NCBI GenBank assembly: GCA_034669905.1
Contig: JAXMOL010000048.1
Span: forward strand, 1-56,749
From: Candidatus Hydrogenedentota bacterium
GTDB taxonomy: Bacteria; Hydrogenedentota; Hydrogenedentia; Hydrogenedentales; JAEUWI01
Length of the DNA stretch: 56,749 bases
Direction of reading: 5' to 3'
Shown: in pieces, positions 19,805 to 30,821 of the stretch
Numbering within the stretch: position 1 is the first letter of the stretch
Layout: every line of letters begins with the position of its first letter
Translations under genes and position numbers: made by a program
Notes under the pieces: model-generated
What the model was told of the DNA's origin: nothing
Databases searched by the model: none
The model's input: only the letters and a program-made list of their open reading frames with translations

Positions 19805-20950
19805 TTATTCGAGGTCGAGAGCGTTCCGAATCGCAGGCTCCAGGGCGATCGCCTGACGCAGAAATCCGAGATCCGTCGGATGGGTGCCATCAACCGTCGC
19901 GAGCCCGTCGTCGCCCAGTAGATTGTCGCAGGGCACATAGCTCAAGCCGGTCACACCCTCCTGCTTCAGTCCGGCGTACACTTCCTGCAAGGCTACGTTT
20001 TTGGCTTCATGAGCGCCTTTGCCATAAAACCAACTGTTCTGATAGATGATGTTTTCCACCAGCACGATGGGCGTATCGGGGTGGGCCTCCCGAAGGGTCT
20101 TCACCAGGGGTGCAACCCGTTCGGTGACCATCTGGGGATTCATATTGGGCAGACAATCGAGTACGAAAACACTGGCATCCAGCTCGGCAATCAGGGTGCC
20201 CATTTCCGCTTCCATTCTGCCATTTCCCGAAAACCCGAGATTGATCGTCGCCCGATCGAGGCGCTGTCCCACGATGGCGGGATAGGCCATACCCGGACGG
20301 GACGCGCAGCCACCGTGGGTAATGGAGGTGCCGTAAAAGACAATGGGGCGTGCATCGGCCCGTGCAGGGCCTTTTGCGAGGGTACTGCCCGCCTTGATTC
20401 CAATTTCGAGTTTCTCCGTCCCGTTGTAGAGGGGCAGATAAAGCATGTACTCGTGGAGGCCCTCCGGCGCACCCTTTACCAAACGGGCCTGGTTGTCGGT
20501 CTGCTTGCTGGGACGTCCCTGGGCCACCCAACGCCACCGGTCCCCATCTTTGGCGTAGAGATCCAATCCACTTACGCCAGTCGCGGGCATGTGGGGCATG
20601 GAGAGGTTGGCGCCGCGCACGGACCACCGCGCGGAGATTTCCGGAGAATCCGACACGAAGCGAACCGCCATGCCGGCCGAATGATGGGAAAGGCTCCACA
20701 CCGCCGGGGGAATCACGCCTTCTGACTTCGCGGGAATCCGATCATAGGGGTGGGCATTCTCTGTCCAACCCTGCCCTTCCAGTCCGATGTTCAGGGCGTC
20801 AAACCACTGGGTATCCTCGCCCGGCTCCACAACCGCAAAATTTGGGTCCAGCACTTCCAGTTCCGTGTGCAGGGTATCTTCCGCAAGGGCTGCAGGGGCC
20901 AGACTAATCGAAGGAATAAAGGCCAATGCGACCCATAAAAAGCGATTCAT
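19805..20950 (-). CDS. Secreted SGNH/GDSL hydrolase
   Basis: Signal peptide; YGTSITHG, NLGFSGNG, DCLPN, DGTHP. Confidence 0.9.
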   Translation of the reverse strand: MNRFLWVALAFIPSISLAPAALAEDTLHTELEVLDPNFAVVEPGEDTQWFDALNIGLEGQGWTENAHPYDRIPAKSEGVIPPAVWSLSHHSAGMAVRFVSDSPEISARWSVRGANLSMPHMPATGVSGLDLYAKDGDRWRWVAQGRPSKQTDNQARLVKGAPEGLHEYMLYLPLYNGTEKLEIGIKAGSTLAKGPARADARPIVFYGTSITHGGCASRPGMAYPAIVGQRLDRATINLGFSGNGRMEAEMGTLIAELDASVFVLDCLPNMNPQMVTERVAPLVKTLREAHPDTPIVLVENIIYQNSWFYGKGAHEAKNVALQEVYAGLKQEGVTGLSYVPCDNLLGDDGLATVDGTHPTDLGFLRQAIALEPAIRNALDLE

Positions 20951-21105
20951 TTCACGTATCTCCCGTCAGGTTGTTGAACCTTGGGGAGTGTACGGTGCCC
21001 CACCCGGAGGATGCAAACACGTCCCAAAAAGCACACTGGATCTCGGCTGGGGGTAGCCACTACCATGACAGGACTTTCAACCAACCCTGTGAGGAACACG
21101 ACACA

Positions 21106-22029
21106 ATGCTTCATTTGTTGATGCCCCTGGTATTTCTTGGTGCTGCTGCCGGCAACATCGAGTATGAAACCCTCTCCATCACGAGCACCCATGACCAGAC
21201 CGAGCAACCGGTGCGCTACTACGCCGCACCGAAAGAAGGGCCCCAACCCCTGTTGGTCCTGCTCCACTCCTGGAGCACCGACATCAACACCTATAATCCG
21301 GACACGTGGGTCGAAGCCGCCCGCAGTCATGGCTGGCATGTCGTCGTCCCCCACTTTCGCGGGGGAAACTTTAACCCCGAAGCCTGCGCTTCACCGGCCG
21401 CCAGGCAGGACATCCTGGATGCGGTGACCGCCATGAAGGCCCGCTACGCCATCGACGAAAGCCGCGTCTATCTCGCCGGAAGCTCTGGCGGTGGCCATAT
21501 GTCCATGGTCATGGCAGGACACAGCCCCGAGACCTGGACGGCCGTCTCCGCATGGGTGGGCATCAGCGATCTCGCCGATTGGCATGCCGAAACAAAGGCC
21601 GCCGGGATAAAGTACTACAAAGACATTGAGGCAAGCGTGGGCGGCGCACCGGGCAGCTCCGATGCCGTCGATAAGGAAATCCACGCGCGCTCTCCGAAAT
21701 ACCACATCGCCAACGCGAAGGACATCCCCCTGGACCTCAATGCCGGTGTGCACGATGGCCATACGGGTTCTGTTCCTATCCACCACACCCTCGATGCCTA
21801 CAATGAAGTGGCGAAGGCCGTGGGCGGCGCCTCCATCAGCCAATCCACCATCAACGCCCTGGCGCAGGAAATCGTACCGCCGGTCGCCCCCGTGGAAGAT
21901 GCCAGTTATGGTCGTGCCATTCATTTGCGTGAGTCGACCGGAAAGACGCGGGTCACCATCTTTGAGGGAGGCCATGAGGGGATTCCCGTCGCCGGCTGCG
22001 CGTGGCTTGCCCAGCAGCAAAAGAAATAG
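21106..22029 (+). CDS. Secreted alpha/beta hydrolase (S9 peptidase/esterase-like)
   Basis: VLLHSW; nucleophile GSSGG; FEGGHE. Start at ATG 21106 after a gagga RBS. Confidence 0.8.
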   Translation: MLHLLMPLVFLGAAAGNIEYETLSITSTHDQTEQPVRYYAAPKEGPQPLLVLLHSWSTDINTYNPDTWVEAARSHGWHVVVPHFRGGNFNPEACASPAARQDILDAVTAMKARYAIDESRVYLAGSSGGGHMSMVMAGHSPETWTAVSAWVGISDLADWHAETKAAGIKYYKDIEASVGGAPGSSDAVDKEIHARSPKYHIANAKDIPLDLNAGVHDGHTGSVPIHHTLDAYNEVAKAVGGASISQSTINALAQEIVPPVAPVEDASYGRAIHLRESTGKTRVTIFEGGHEGIPVAGCAWLAQQQKK

Positions 22030-22032
22030 CCC

Positions 22033-24630
22033 ATGCGTTCATTGCGCTCTCTGGCCGTCGGCTTCGGCCTCCTGATTCTTTCTCCGCTGAGTAGCTGGAC
22101 GGAGGCTCCGCCCCTTCGTGTGGACGCCGATGACCTGTCGCAGGAGTACGCCACGTTCCGGCGCGCCCAGGTGGCCGAGGTCTTCTACGAACTCAAGTTC
22201 GCGTTCGACAAAGGCGCGACCACCTTCGAGGGCACGGCACGGCTCCACGTGCGCCTGCACCATGCCGATGCCCCGTTGAGCATCGACCTTGTGGCCGAAA
22301 CACTCGATACGGTCCGGGTCAACGGGGTCACCGTATCTGACCTCGTCCAACGAACGGGCAGCTTCGATATTCCGGCCTCCTATTTACGTGCGGGTAAGAA
22401 TGACATCACAATCCAGTACACCGGCGCCTACAGCGATACGGGCCAGGGACTCTGTCATATGGTGGACCCGGTCGATGGCAAGGAGTATTTTTACACCAAC
22501 CTGGAGCCCTACGGTGCCCACCGGGTCTTCCCGTGTTTTGATCAGCCAGACATCAAGGCACGCTTCAGTACCACCGTGACGACGCCAAACCACTGGCGCC
22601 TCATCGGCAACGAACCCGTCGTATCGGGTAAACCGGCCGGCGACAATTCGATTCGTAAAATTGGCCAGACGCCCCTGCTGAGCACCTATCTCTTCTTCTT
22701 GGGTGGTGGGGAATACGAAGCCTGGTTTGACAACGAAGGAGATACGCCCCTCGCCATCTATGCCCGGGCATCGTTGGCCGAGCATGTCGACAGCGAACGG
22801 CTCTTTGCGGAAACGAAGGCCGGGCTCGACTATTTCAACCGTTATTTCGGGACGCCCTATCCCTTTAAAAAATACGACCACATCTTCGCGCCTGAGCTGC
22901 AGCCCGGCGCCATGGAAAACCCCGGTGCGGTCACTATGAACGAGTACATGATTTTTCGCGGCCCGGCAACGGCCGAGGATTATAGGAGCCGCAACAACAC
23001 CCTGCTCCACGAGATGGCCCACATGTGGTTTGGTGATCTGGTGACCATGGTCTGGTGGAACGATCTCTGGCTCAACGAAAGCTTCGCCACCTTCTCGTCT
23101 TACCAGGCCCAGGCGGCCATGGGAGAATCCGACCCCGTCTGGCGCGATTTCTATGGCCTGAAGGGGTGGGCCTACTACCAGGACCAACTCAGCACAACCC
23201 ACCCCATTGAAACCGAGGTCACTTCGGCCCAATTGGCCACGGCCAACTTTGACGGCATCACCTACGCCAAGGGGGCGTCTGCCCTGAAGCAGCTGGCCTT
23301 CTTCGTGGGGGACGGGGCCTATCAACGGGGCGTCGCCCGATACTTTCAACAATATGCCTGGCAGAACGCCACCCGCGCCCAGTTCATCGCGGAAATCGCC
23401 GAAGCCGCCGATGAAGACCTGAACGAATGGACCCACGCCTGGCTTCAGACGGAGGGTCTGGCGACCATTTCCATCCAGCGCGATGAACACGGGGCCCGCC
23501 TACGCCAACAACCCCACAACACCCCCCGACTCGCGCCCCACCGGACCCGCATCGGGGCATTCCATCTGAACGAGTCCGGCAAGCTCGTGCTCACCCGGGA
23601 AGAGACCGTCTCCTATCACGACTCGGAGGTGCCCCTCCCTTGGCTGACGACGGGTACGCCCCCTGATTTTGTCTATGCCAACTATGGCGATATGGACTAC
23701 GGGCTTTTTTTTCTCGACGACCATTCGTTTCAGACGGCACTCACCCATCTTGCCCAGTTGGAATCCCCCTTCACCCGCCAGATGATCTGGGGCACCCTCT
23801 TCAGCATGGTCCGACACCAGCGACTGGCGCCGACCCAATTGATGAACACCTTACTGAAGAATATGCCCCTTGAGAACGACGTTGATCTGCTGGGTTATCT
23901 CTTGGGGGGAAGCACTCTCAGTCAGCTCAATTTCAATTTCCTCACCCCGGAACAACGGAACCGCTTCGCGCCCGATCTGGAGAACATACTCTGGACGGGA
24001 TACGAATCCGCCCCCGAGCATAGCGATGCCAAACTCATCTGGCAGGATGCCTTCGTACGGCTCGCCTCCCGGCCGGAAACGGGCCCGCGTCTGGAAAGCC
24101 TGCTCAATCGCTCGGAGGGCGATCCCCAACGGCGCTGGCGCATCCTCAGCAAGCTGACCGTGCTGGCGACCCCCGATATGGAACCCCGTATCGTCGCAGA
24201 GTTGGAGCGAGACCCCTCGGCTATGGGACAACGCTATGCCTTGTCCTGCCGCGTAGCAGTACCCACGATAGAGAACAAGGAAGCCCACTGGGGCATGTTG
24301 ACCGATCCCACGGTTCCTGTGCCCTCGTTCCGATCCGCCGCCGGCGCCTTTCAGAGTGCCCTGTGGCCCGAACTCAGCGAGCCCTTCGCCGAGCGATGGC
24401 TGGCCCACGTGCGTGCCACCGACTGGGAATCTCAACCCCACCGCATTCGCACCTGGTTTGGTAGCCTCTTCCCCCCCATCACCACACCGGAAGCCCTGGA
24501 AGCGGGGCGGAATGCATTGGAATCCTCTGACCTTTCTCCCCGGGCCACGCGCGCCTGGCAGGAGGCCCTCGACCGGGCGGCCCAAGTGGTCGCCGTGCGA
24601 AACCAGGCCGCGGCGCTTGAGTCCAACTAA
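22033..24630 (+). CDS. pepN: Aminopeptidase N (M1 zinc peptidase)
   Basis: FPCFDQP, GAMEN, HEMAHMWFG...WLNESFA, ITYAKG; N-terminal signal-like segment. Confidence 0.92.
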   Translation: MRSLRSLAVGFGLLILSPLSSWTEAPPLRVDADDLSQEYATFRRAQVAEVFYELKFAFDKGATTFEGTARLHVRLHHADAPLSIDLVAETLDTVRVNGVTVSDLVQRTGSFDIPASYLRAGKNDITIQYTGAYSDTGQGLCHMVDPVDGKEYFYTNLEPYGAHRVFPCFDQPDIKARFSTTVTTPNHWRLIGNEPVVSGKPAGDNSIRKIGQTPLLSTYLFFLGGGEYEAWFDNEGDTPLAIYARASLAEHVDSERLFAETKAGLDYFNRYFGTPYPFKKYDHIFAPELQPGAMENPGAVTMNEYMIFRGPATAEDYRSRNNTLLHEMAHMWFGDLVTMVWWNDLWLNESFATFSSYQAQAAMGESDPVWRDFYGLKGWAYYQDQLSTTHPIETEVTSAQLATANFDGITYAKGASALKQLAFFVGDGAYQRGVARYFQQYAWQNATRAQFIAEIAEAADEDLNEWTHAWLQTEGLATISIQRDEHGARLRQQPHNTPRLAPHRTRIGAFHLNESGKLVLTREETVSYHDSEVPLPWLTTGTPPDFVYANYGDMDYGLFFLDDHSFQTALTHLAQLESPFTRQMIWGTLFSMVRHQRLAPTQLMNTLLKNMPLENDVDLLGYLLGGSTLSQLNFNFLTPEQRNRFAPDLENILWTGYESAPEHSDAKLIWQDAFVRLASRPETGPRLESLLNRSEGDPQRRWRILSKLTVLATPDMEPRIVAELERDPSAMGQRYALSCRVAVPTIENKEAHWGMLTDPTVPVPSFRSAAGAFQSALWPELSEPFAERWLAHVRATDWESQPHRIRTWFGSLFPPITTPEALEAGRNALESSDLSPRATRAWQEALDRAAQVVAVRNQAAALESN

Positions 24631-24675
24631 CAGCACCTTCGCGACAACCCTGGCCACTGGAGAGATATTTTTATC

Positions 24676-25806
24676 ATGATGACTCGAATTCTCACTGCCC
24701 TCGCCCTCCTCATTCCTGCCAGCCTCATCCAGGCGGCACCCTCGCCCGAGGCGCCCGGCCCGTACCCGGTGGGTGTCACCACCATCCAGCTGGAAGATGG
24801 CGCGCGTATCGATGAAAAGCTCGGAGGGCCCCGTCCCCTGCTCGCCGAAATATGGTATCCGGCAGCCCCTTCCGCGAAAGGGCAGCCAACGACGAAGTTC
24901 GCAGATTTTTATCTGGATGGCAAAAACCCCATCATGAATACCATCCTCACCATGGCCTTCAAATTCGACATTTCGAAGATTGACGAACGCTTTAGCTCGA
25001 CCGCCGTGCGCGGCGCAGAGGTGGCCGACGGCACCTTCCCCCTCCTTGTTTTCTCCCATGGCAACGGCGGGATGCGCTCCCAGAGCACCTTCTGGTGTGA
25101 CCACATGGCCAGCCATGGATACATCGTGGCAGCCGTTGATCATACCCGCAATTCCTGTGCAACTTCCTACAAGGGGCGGGTAATTCCCTATGACCTGGAA
25201 GGCCGGGGCCAGGCCGCGAAAGACCGCCCTCAGGATGTCTCCTTTCTTATCGATCAGGTCATCGCCATGAACGAAGATTCCGCTTCCCCATTCCACGGTC
25301 ATGTGGACCACGAAAACATCGGCGTGGCGGGCCATTCTTTTGGCGGCTTCACCGCGATGGCCGTCCTCACCATCGATCCCCGGGTGGACGCCATCGCCCC
25401 TATGGCCGCGGTGGTGCCCGAGTTTTCTCCATCGAGCAGTCGCCCCCTCCTCTTGTTTGTGGCCACGGAAGACGACACCATTGACGAAAAGGGCAACACG
25501 GGCGCACGCAATTACTTTGAGGCCACCACTGCACCGAAGTACCTCGTGGAGATGAAGAATGCCGGCCACTACTCCTATTCCGATATGTTTGTGATCAATC
25601 CTGATTGGGGCGATGGCATTGGAAAGGGCACGCGCATCACCAACGGGGAGCCCTTGACGTATCTTCCCATGAAGGAGGTCTACCGCCTGACCAATGGCTA
25701 CAGCACCGCCTTTTTCGATCACTACCTTAAGACGGACAGCACCCACGACGCCTATCTCAACGAGAATCAGTCACCCGATGAACTGATATTTCGTGTCGAG
25801 CCCTGA
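24676..25806 (+). CDS. Secreted alpha/beta hydrolase (PAF-acetylhydrolase/dienelactone hydrolase-like)
   Basis: PGPYPVG, IWYPA, VFSHGNGG, GHSFGG, AGHYSY. Confidence 0.85.
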   Translation: MMTRILTALALLIPASLIQAAPSPEAPGPYPVGVTTIQLEDGARIDEKLGGPRPLLAEIWYPAAPSAKGQPTTKFADFYLDGKNPIMNTILTMAFKFDISKIDERFSSTAVRGAEVADGTFPLLVFSHGNGGMRSQSTFWCDHMASHGYIVAAVDHTRNSCATSYKGRVIPYDLEGRGQAAKDRPQDVSFLIDQVIAMNEDSASPFHGHVDHENIGVAGHSFGGFTAMAVLTIDPRVDAIAPMAAVVPEFSPSSSRPLLLFVATEDDTIDEKGNTGARNYFEATTAPKYLVEMKNAGHYSYSDMFVINPDWGDGIGKGTRITNGEPLTYLPMKEVYRLTNGYSTAFFDHYLKTDSTHDAYLNENQSPDELIFRVEP

Positions 25807-25975
25807 GGCCAGGGCGGCTGGGCTGGCAAATGCCCCCTGAATTTCGTATGCTGTGCGCGTGCGCAATTGAAGGGGGCACAACGACTGGCACCACGCCCTC
25901 CGTTGTTCGGGAAGGTGTCGTTTACGAAACCGCCGGAACATCGACACACGTTTCGGGAACGTTGTTGGGCAGTTC

Positions 25976-27976
25976 ATGAGTGAAGAAGTAAGACACCTGC
26001 TGCAGTCCTGGGAGGAGAATCTCATTTGGCTGGACGCCCACGATGGGATCCAGCTTATGACCTGCTCCCCCGAGCAACCGCTGTGTCTCACCGCGGATGG
26101 TGAATCCGTGGAGACACTGGACGCCCTCCTGGTGGATTCCGCCCTGCACGAACTCATTGCGGCCGTGCGCGCCACGCGCTGCCTCGCACGTCCCCAGGCT
26201 ATCGTACTGGCGCACCTCTTTCCCGATGACCCACAGACCTGGAATATCCAGCTGACGCCCTTGCAGGATCAGTCGGTGGTCCTTCGCTTCACCCCAATTG
26301 CCACAGGCGGCCATTCCACCGCGCACCAGAATGAGGCCAATGCCCTGACCCAGGCCCGGGCCATGGTTCTGGCGGAAAAAAAGGCCAACGAAGCCAAGAC
26401 CATGTTTGTGGCCAATATGAGCCATGAAATTCGGACACCCATGAATGGGATCATCGGCATCCTTGAGTTACTCATGGAAACCCGGCTGGATGAGGAGCAA
26501 AGCGAATATGCCCATATCATGCGCAACTCTGCGGACTCCTTGCTCCACATCATCAATGACATCCTGGATTTTTCCAAAATGGAGGCGGGCAAACTCGAAC
26601 TGGCGTGTATCGATTTCGATTTTCGCACCTGCCTGGAGAGTGCCGTGGAGATGCTCAGCTTCAAGGCCCTGGAAAAAGATATCGAATTGGCCCTCTTCAT
26701 GGATTCGGAAATTCCCCAGCGGCTCCATGGAGACCCGGGCCGCCTGCGTCAGATCGTGCTCAATCTGGTCAACAACGCCCTGAAATTTACTTCGGAGGGT
26801 GAAGTCCTGGTACGTTGTAAGCTCGTCGGGGAGCAGGCGTCGGTCTATACCGTTCAGGTAGACGTGTGCGACACGGGCATTGGCGTTCCCCTCGATAGGA
26901 TAGATAGCCTCTTCGAACCTTTCACGCAGGCGGATGCCAGCACCACCCGACACTATGGCGGCACCGGATTGGGACTCTCTATCTCCAAGGAACTTGTGGA
27001 AGCCCAAGGGGGCACCATTGGGGTCGAGAATCGAAAAGGGGGAGGCAGTCGCTTTTACTTTACGGTGCAACTCGAGTCGGCAGCAACCGACGAAACATTG
27101 CTCGGACCCGCAGCCGCCACCGCACCGCCCCCCAATGAAGTGCGTATTCTCGTGTTGGACGACATTCAAACCAATCGCCGCATGTTTCGCGAAATCCTGC
27201 ACAACGAAGGCTACACCGTAGCAGAAGCCCGAAGCAGTGCGGAGGCCCTTCGCCTCCTGGAGCAAAGCCTAGAAACCGATCGGCCTTTTAACATTGTCCT
27301 TGTAGACTATCAGATGCCCGAGACCGATGGCCGACAATTTGGGGCCCTGGTTCGCGCGAACCCTTCCCTGAACAAAGTTGCCTTGGTGTTAATACCTTCT
27401 GCCCCTTCCCGCGGTGACGCCAGCCGTATGATTGCCATCGGATTCGACGCCTATTTTCCCAAGCCGATGAAACGGGGAGAATTGCAGGGGTGTATCCGTG
27501 CTGTCCTGCGGCGGCGGGCAGAGAATCATGGCCGCCCCAGCCGTTCCCTGATCACGAAATACACCCTGGCGGAATCCCTCCGTGACGGTGGCAACGTGTT
27601 GCTCGTCGAAGACAATGAAGTAAACCGCAAGGTGGGTACGCGGCTCCTCGATACCCTGGGTTATTCCTGCGACGTGGCCCTTGACGGAAAACAGGCCATT
27701 GTCGCATGCCGCCGACACCATTACGATCTTATCCTGATGGACTGCGGCCTGCCGGGTGTAGACGGCTACGAAGCCACCCGCCGTATCCGCACCCTGGAAG
27801 GCGAAGTGACCCACGTTCCCATTATTGCGATGACCGCCGACGCCATGCCGGGTGCCGAGGAACGTTGCCTGGAGGCCGGTATGGACGGCTACTTGACCAA
27901 ACCCCTTCAGAAGCGGGTGCTAAAGGAAATGCTGGACCGCCACCTGTCCGACGCGCGCAAGCGAATGGACCCCTAG
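25976..27976 (+). CDS. Cytoplasmic hybrid histidine kinase with two receiver domains
   Basis: H-box [37 protein letters not shown] segments LVDYQMP and LMDCGLP; no TM helix seen. Confidence 0.92.
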   Translation: MSEEVRHLLQSWEENLIWLDAHDGIQLMTCSPEQPLCLTADGESVETLDALLVDSALHELIAAVRATRCLARPQAIVLAHLFPDDPQTWNIQLTPLQDQSVVLRFTPIATGGHSTAHQNEANALTQARAMVLAEKKANEAKTMFVANMSHEIRTPMNGIIGILELLMETRLDEEQSEYAHIMRNSADSLLHIINDILDFSKMEAGKLELACIDFDFRTCLESAVEMLSFKALEKDIELALFMDSEIPQRLHGDPGRLRQIVLNLVNNALKFTSEGEVLVRCKLVGEQASVYTVQVDVCDTGIGVPLDRIDSLFEPFTQADASTTRHYGGTGLGLSISKELVEAQGGTIGVENRKGGGSRFYFTVQLESAATDETLLGPAAATAPPPNEVRILVLDDIQTNRRMFREILHNEGYTVAEARSSAEALRLLEQSLETDRPFNIVLVDYQMPETDGRQFGALVRANPSLNKVALVLIPSAPSRGDASRMIAIGFDAYFPKPMKRGELQGCIRAVLRRRAENHGRPSRSLITKYTLAESLRDGGNVLLVEDNEVNRKVGTRLLDTLGYSCDVALDGKQAIVACRRHHYDLILMDCGLPGVDGYEATRRIRTLEGEVTHVPIIAMTADAMPGAEERCLEAGMDGYLTKPLQKRVLKEMLDRHLSDARKRMDP

Positions 27977-28004
27977 CGGCGTGGTGGGGGTGGTGCCTTG
28001 CCCC

Positions 28005-28502
28005 TTATTCACCTTGCACCACACCCATCAAATCGCCAAATTCATCCAGCGGTCGCTCGACAAAGATGCCCTCCGCTTCGGAGTAACAGGTCGTGCCATC
28101 CAGTGACTCAATCCGTCCGCTGGTCTTCACTTTGGCCCCCTCTATTGAGCACACCCGGGCACGCACGGCGAGCACCTCACCAAGGGGAAGTCGTTTGCGA
28201 AAGTGCACGGTAATGGTAGCAGCCACAACGGGGTGCCCCTCATACCAGGCGGCAAAGCCCATAACCTCGTCCAGGACGGCCGCCATACTGCCCCCATGGG
28301 CGTGCCCCGGGGGGCCTTCGGCGCCCACACCCCACCAGGCCAGCGCGCAGAACTCCTGACGCACGGTGTCGGCGTAATAGTGAATTCGCAGGCGATCCCC
28401 ATCTTCATCGCCCGAGACGAAAGAGCGCCCCACGCCGAAACGCCGGGGAAAGGAAGCGGGCTCCCAGTGGGCCGGGGGATGGAATTCGGGTTCAGCCTGC
28501 AT
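28005..28502 (-). CDS. PaaI/hotdog-fold thioesterase
   Basis: EGPPGHAHGGSMAAVLDEVMG. Confidence 0.85.
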   Translation of the reverse strand: MQAEPEFHPPAHWEPASFPRRFGVGRSFVSGDEDGDRLRIHYYADTVRQEFCALAWWGVGAEGPPGHAHGGSMAAVLDEVMGFAAWYEGHPVVAATITVHFRKRLPLGEVLAVRARVCSIEGAKVKTSGRIESLDGTTCYSEAEGIFVERPLDEFGDLMGVVQGE

Positions 28503-28584
28503 CAGTACCTTTCGGCGGGGTGTCGCCCCGCAACGCCCCCTACTCTATCAGGTAGCATGAGCAAACCGGAAAGACGTCGCAAAC

Positions 28585-29652
28585 CTAAAAAAGGGAAAGT
28601 TGTTCCCCGCCCGCCGGTCTGAATCCAGTCGTGTCCAGGCCCATCCCGCCGGTGCGGAACCCCAACTTCTGGTGCATCACGCCGAAGAGGCGAGAAATCT
28701 GATCGGCGTGGAAGCCTGTGCCCCGCATGCGTTGCCCAAAGGCGGATTGATACAGGGCCCCGTCCCGCATCGATTGAAGCCGCGAAAGGACCTTCGATTT
28801 CCGGTCGGGATAGTGCCGCTCAAGCCAGCTGGAAAAAAGCGGGGCGACAGCATGGGGCAAACGCAGGAGTATATAGCCGGCGTACTCGGCCCCATGGGAG
28901 CGCGCCTCGGAGAGTAATTGGGGGATTTCGTGGTCTGTCAGTCCAGGGATCACCGGTGCCACCAACACGCCCACGGGAATACCGGCATCCCGCAATGCCG
29001 CGATGCTCTCCAGACGTTGGGCGGGCGAGGAACTCCGGGGCTCCAGAATCCGATTGAGCCCCAGATCGAGGGTCGTGAGAGAAATCAACACGCCCGCGCA
29101 CTGGGACTCCGCCATCTCCCCCAGCAGATCCAAATCCCGGGTAACCAGGCGGTTTTTCGTAATCACCACCGCGGGATTGCGCCGTTCCTGAAGAACTTCC
29201 AGGCAGGCCCGCGATAATCCCAGCTTTCGCTCCACCGGCTGGTAGGGATCGGTGACTCCACTCAAGGCGATCACCGACGGCGTCCAGGAGGGCTTGTCCA
29301 GTTCCCGACGAAGCAGGGCTGGCGCATCGGGCTTATAAAACAATTTCGACTCGAAGTCGAGGCCCGCTGAATAGCCCATGTACTCGTGGGTTGGCCGGGC
29401 ATAACAGTAGACACAGCCGTGCTCACAACCCCGATAGGGATTCACACTGAAGTCAAAGCCCACATCGGGGCTGTCGTTGCGTGCAATAATCGACTTGGCA
29501 TAGTCGGCGACCAATTCTGTCGCAACACGCGTCTCCCCTGCAGGGACATCGTCCTCTTCGTATTGAAGGGCCTGCGTCTCGAAGCGGTTGTCCGTGTTCC
29601 ACCACGTTCCCCGCCCCACCAGGGTCTTGTCGTCCGCCAAATGTATGGCCAT
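28585..29652 (-). CDS. PA0069 family radical SAM protein (SplB-like, DNA-repair associated)
   Basis: NPYRGCEHGCVYCYARPTHEY; GVTDPYQPVE; GRG/NRF N-terminus. Start moved to ATG 29652 (ggaggt RBS). Confidence 0.9.
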   Translation of the reverse strand: MAIHLADDKTLVGRGTWWNTDNRFETQALQYEEDDVPAGETRVATELVADYAKSIIARNDSPDVGFDFSVNPYRGCEHGCVYCYARPTHEYMGYSAGLDFESKLFYKPDAPALLRRELDKPSWTPSVIALSGVTDPYQPVERKLGLSRACLEVLQERRNPAVVITKNRLVTRDLDLLGEMAESQCAGVLISLTTLDLGLNRILEPRSSSPAQRLESIAALRDAGIPVGVLVAPVIPGLTDHEIPQLLSEARSHGAEYAGYILLRLPHAVAPLFSSWLERHYPDRKSKVLSRLQSMRDGALYQSAFGQRMRGTGFHADQISRLFGVMHQKLGFRTGGMGLDTTGFRPAGGEQLSLF

Positions 29653-29670
29653 GGGATTCACCTCCCCCAC

Positions 29671-29699
29671 AGCATACAAGATACTGAACAAATATTCAA
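29671..29699 (-). promoter_or_regulatory. Sigma70-type promoter overlapped by a candidate LexA box
   Basis: Minus strand TTGAAT-N17-TATGCT; TGAACAAATATTCA at 29685-29698 is one mismatch from GAAC-N4-GTTC. Confidence 0.6.
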
Positions 29700-29714
29700 G
29701 TGTGTCTGAGCGCC

Positions 29715-30755
29715 CTAAATCTTGATATAGATTCCCCGGCGGTGAAGCACCCAGGCCAGGCCCGCGAAACACCCGTAGAACAAGAGGAACGCCACAATAC
29801 CCACCGGGAGGCTCATGGCAGGCACGTCAAAGCCACCCACCACGTCCAGGACCAGCAATTGGATAATGTAGATAAAGAGGGGGTTCATTCCCATGGCGGT
29901 GAAGGTCGGAATGCGGAGTGACGCTATGTCACACAGCACATAGAAAGCAAGCAGGTGCAGAAAACAAAGCCCCGTGGACCACAAGGGAAAGGGCGCGGTC
30001 ATGTAGTAGGCGGAGATGGGCCACAGCGCTTTGGTATCTCCCCAGGGCACATGAAAAAGCCATCCCAGGGCGCAGAGGCCAACACCCCATGACACGCAAC
30101 CCACCATCAGTTTCTTGCGGTCCCCCGTGGCCATAAGATCGTAGGCAATGGATCCGAAGAGCAGCATCATGCACCAACTCAGCGGTCCGAGCGGTCCCCC
30201 GTTGAGGGCCACATCGAAGAGGGCGTCACGCATGGGAATCAGTCTTACGATGAGATAGGAGTCGATAGACGGCGCGCCGTCCACCCGTTGAATCCAGTCC
30301 CCGTAAAAGCTGAACATCACAATGGCCTGGTAAAGCGCCACCATGAGGAAGGCGGCCGCAATACGTATCTGAGGCTTCTTGTCGATGAGCCAGACGGCGA
30401 GCAGTCCCGCGAGACCGATATCCATGAGGGCATCCCACAACCATCCCGCGTAGACCGCAAAGGCGATGAGGACCAGGAGGCAGAAGCGCTTGACCATGGC
30501 CTGACGGGCGGCGGCTTCACCTGCGCTCGCGCTCCGACGAAGCCAGGAGAGGCGCATACCGATCCCTACCACGAAGAGAAAGAGGGGCGCGATGGTGTCG
30601 GCGTAGCTGAAGCTTTCCCGGTGATGCTCGAATTGTTCGTACTCGATACTGAATAACCCGTTGGCATTAACCAGCAGCATCCCGAAAATGGCATAGCCCC
30701 GCAGCTGATCCACGGCGCTGATGCGCTTCGAAGTTTTTTCGTCCTGTTGAGTCAT
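29715..30755 (-). CDS. Membrane acyltransferase (HGSNAT/DUF5009-like)
   Basis: RISAVDQLRG..I.GMLLVN; ADTIAPLFLFVVG; GMNPLFIY; many TM helices. Confidence 0.8.
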   Translation of the reverse strand: MTQQDEKTSKRISAVDQLRGYAIFGMLLVNANGLFSIEYEQFEHHRESFSYADTIAPLFLFVVGIGMRLSWLRRSASAGEAAARQAMVKRFCLLVLIAFAVYAGWLWDALMDIGLAGLLAVWLIDKKPQIRIAAAFLMVALYQAIVMFSFYGDWIQRVDGAPSIDSYLIVRLIPMRDALFDVALNGGPLGPLSWCMMLLFGSIAYDLMATGDRKKLMVGCVSWGVGLCALGWLFHVPWGDTKALWPISAYYMTAPFPLWSTGLCFLHLLAFYVLCDIASLRIPTFTAMGMNPLFIYIIQLLVLDVVGGFDVPAMSLPVGIVAFLLFYGCFAGLAWVLHRRGIYIKI

Positions 30756-30821
30756 GAGCTCCCGCTACTTCCTTCCCGTTTCCCCTGCGATTCATCTCGA
30801 GGCGACCACGCCCCATCACTC

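Noticed and set aside
23851..25746. 631-aa minus-strand ORF
   Set aside because: Antisense to pepN and the hydrolase; no recognisable domain.
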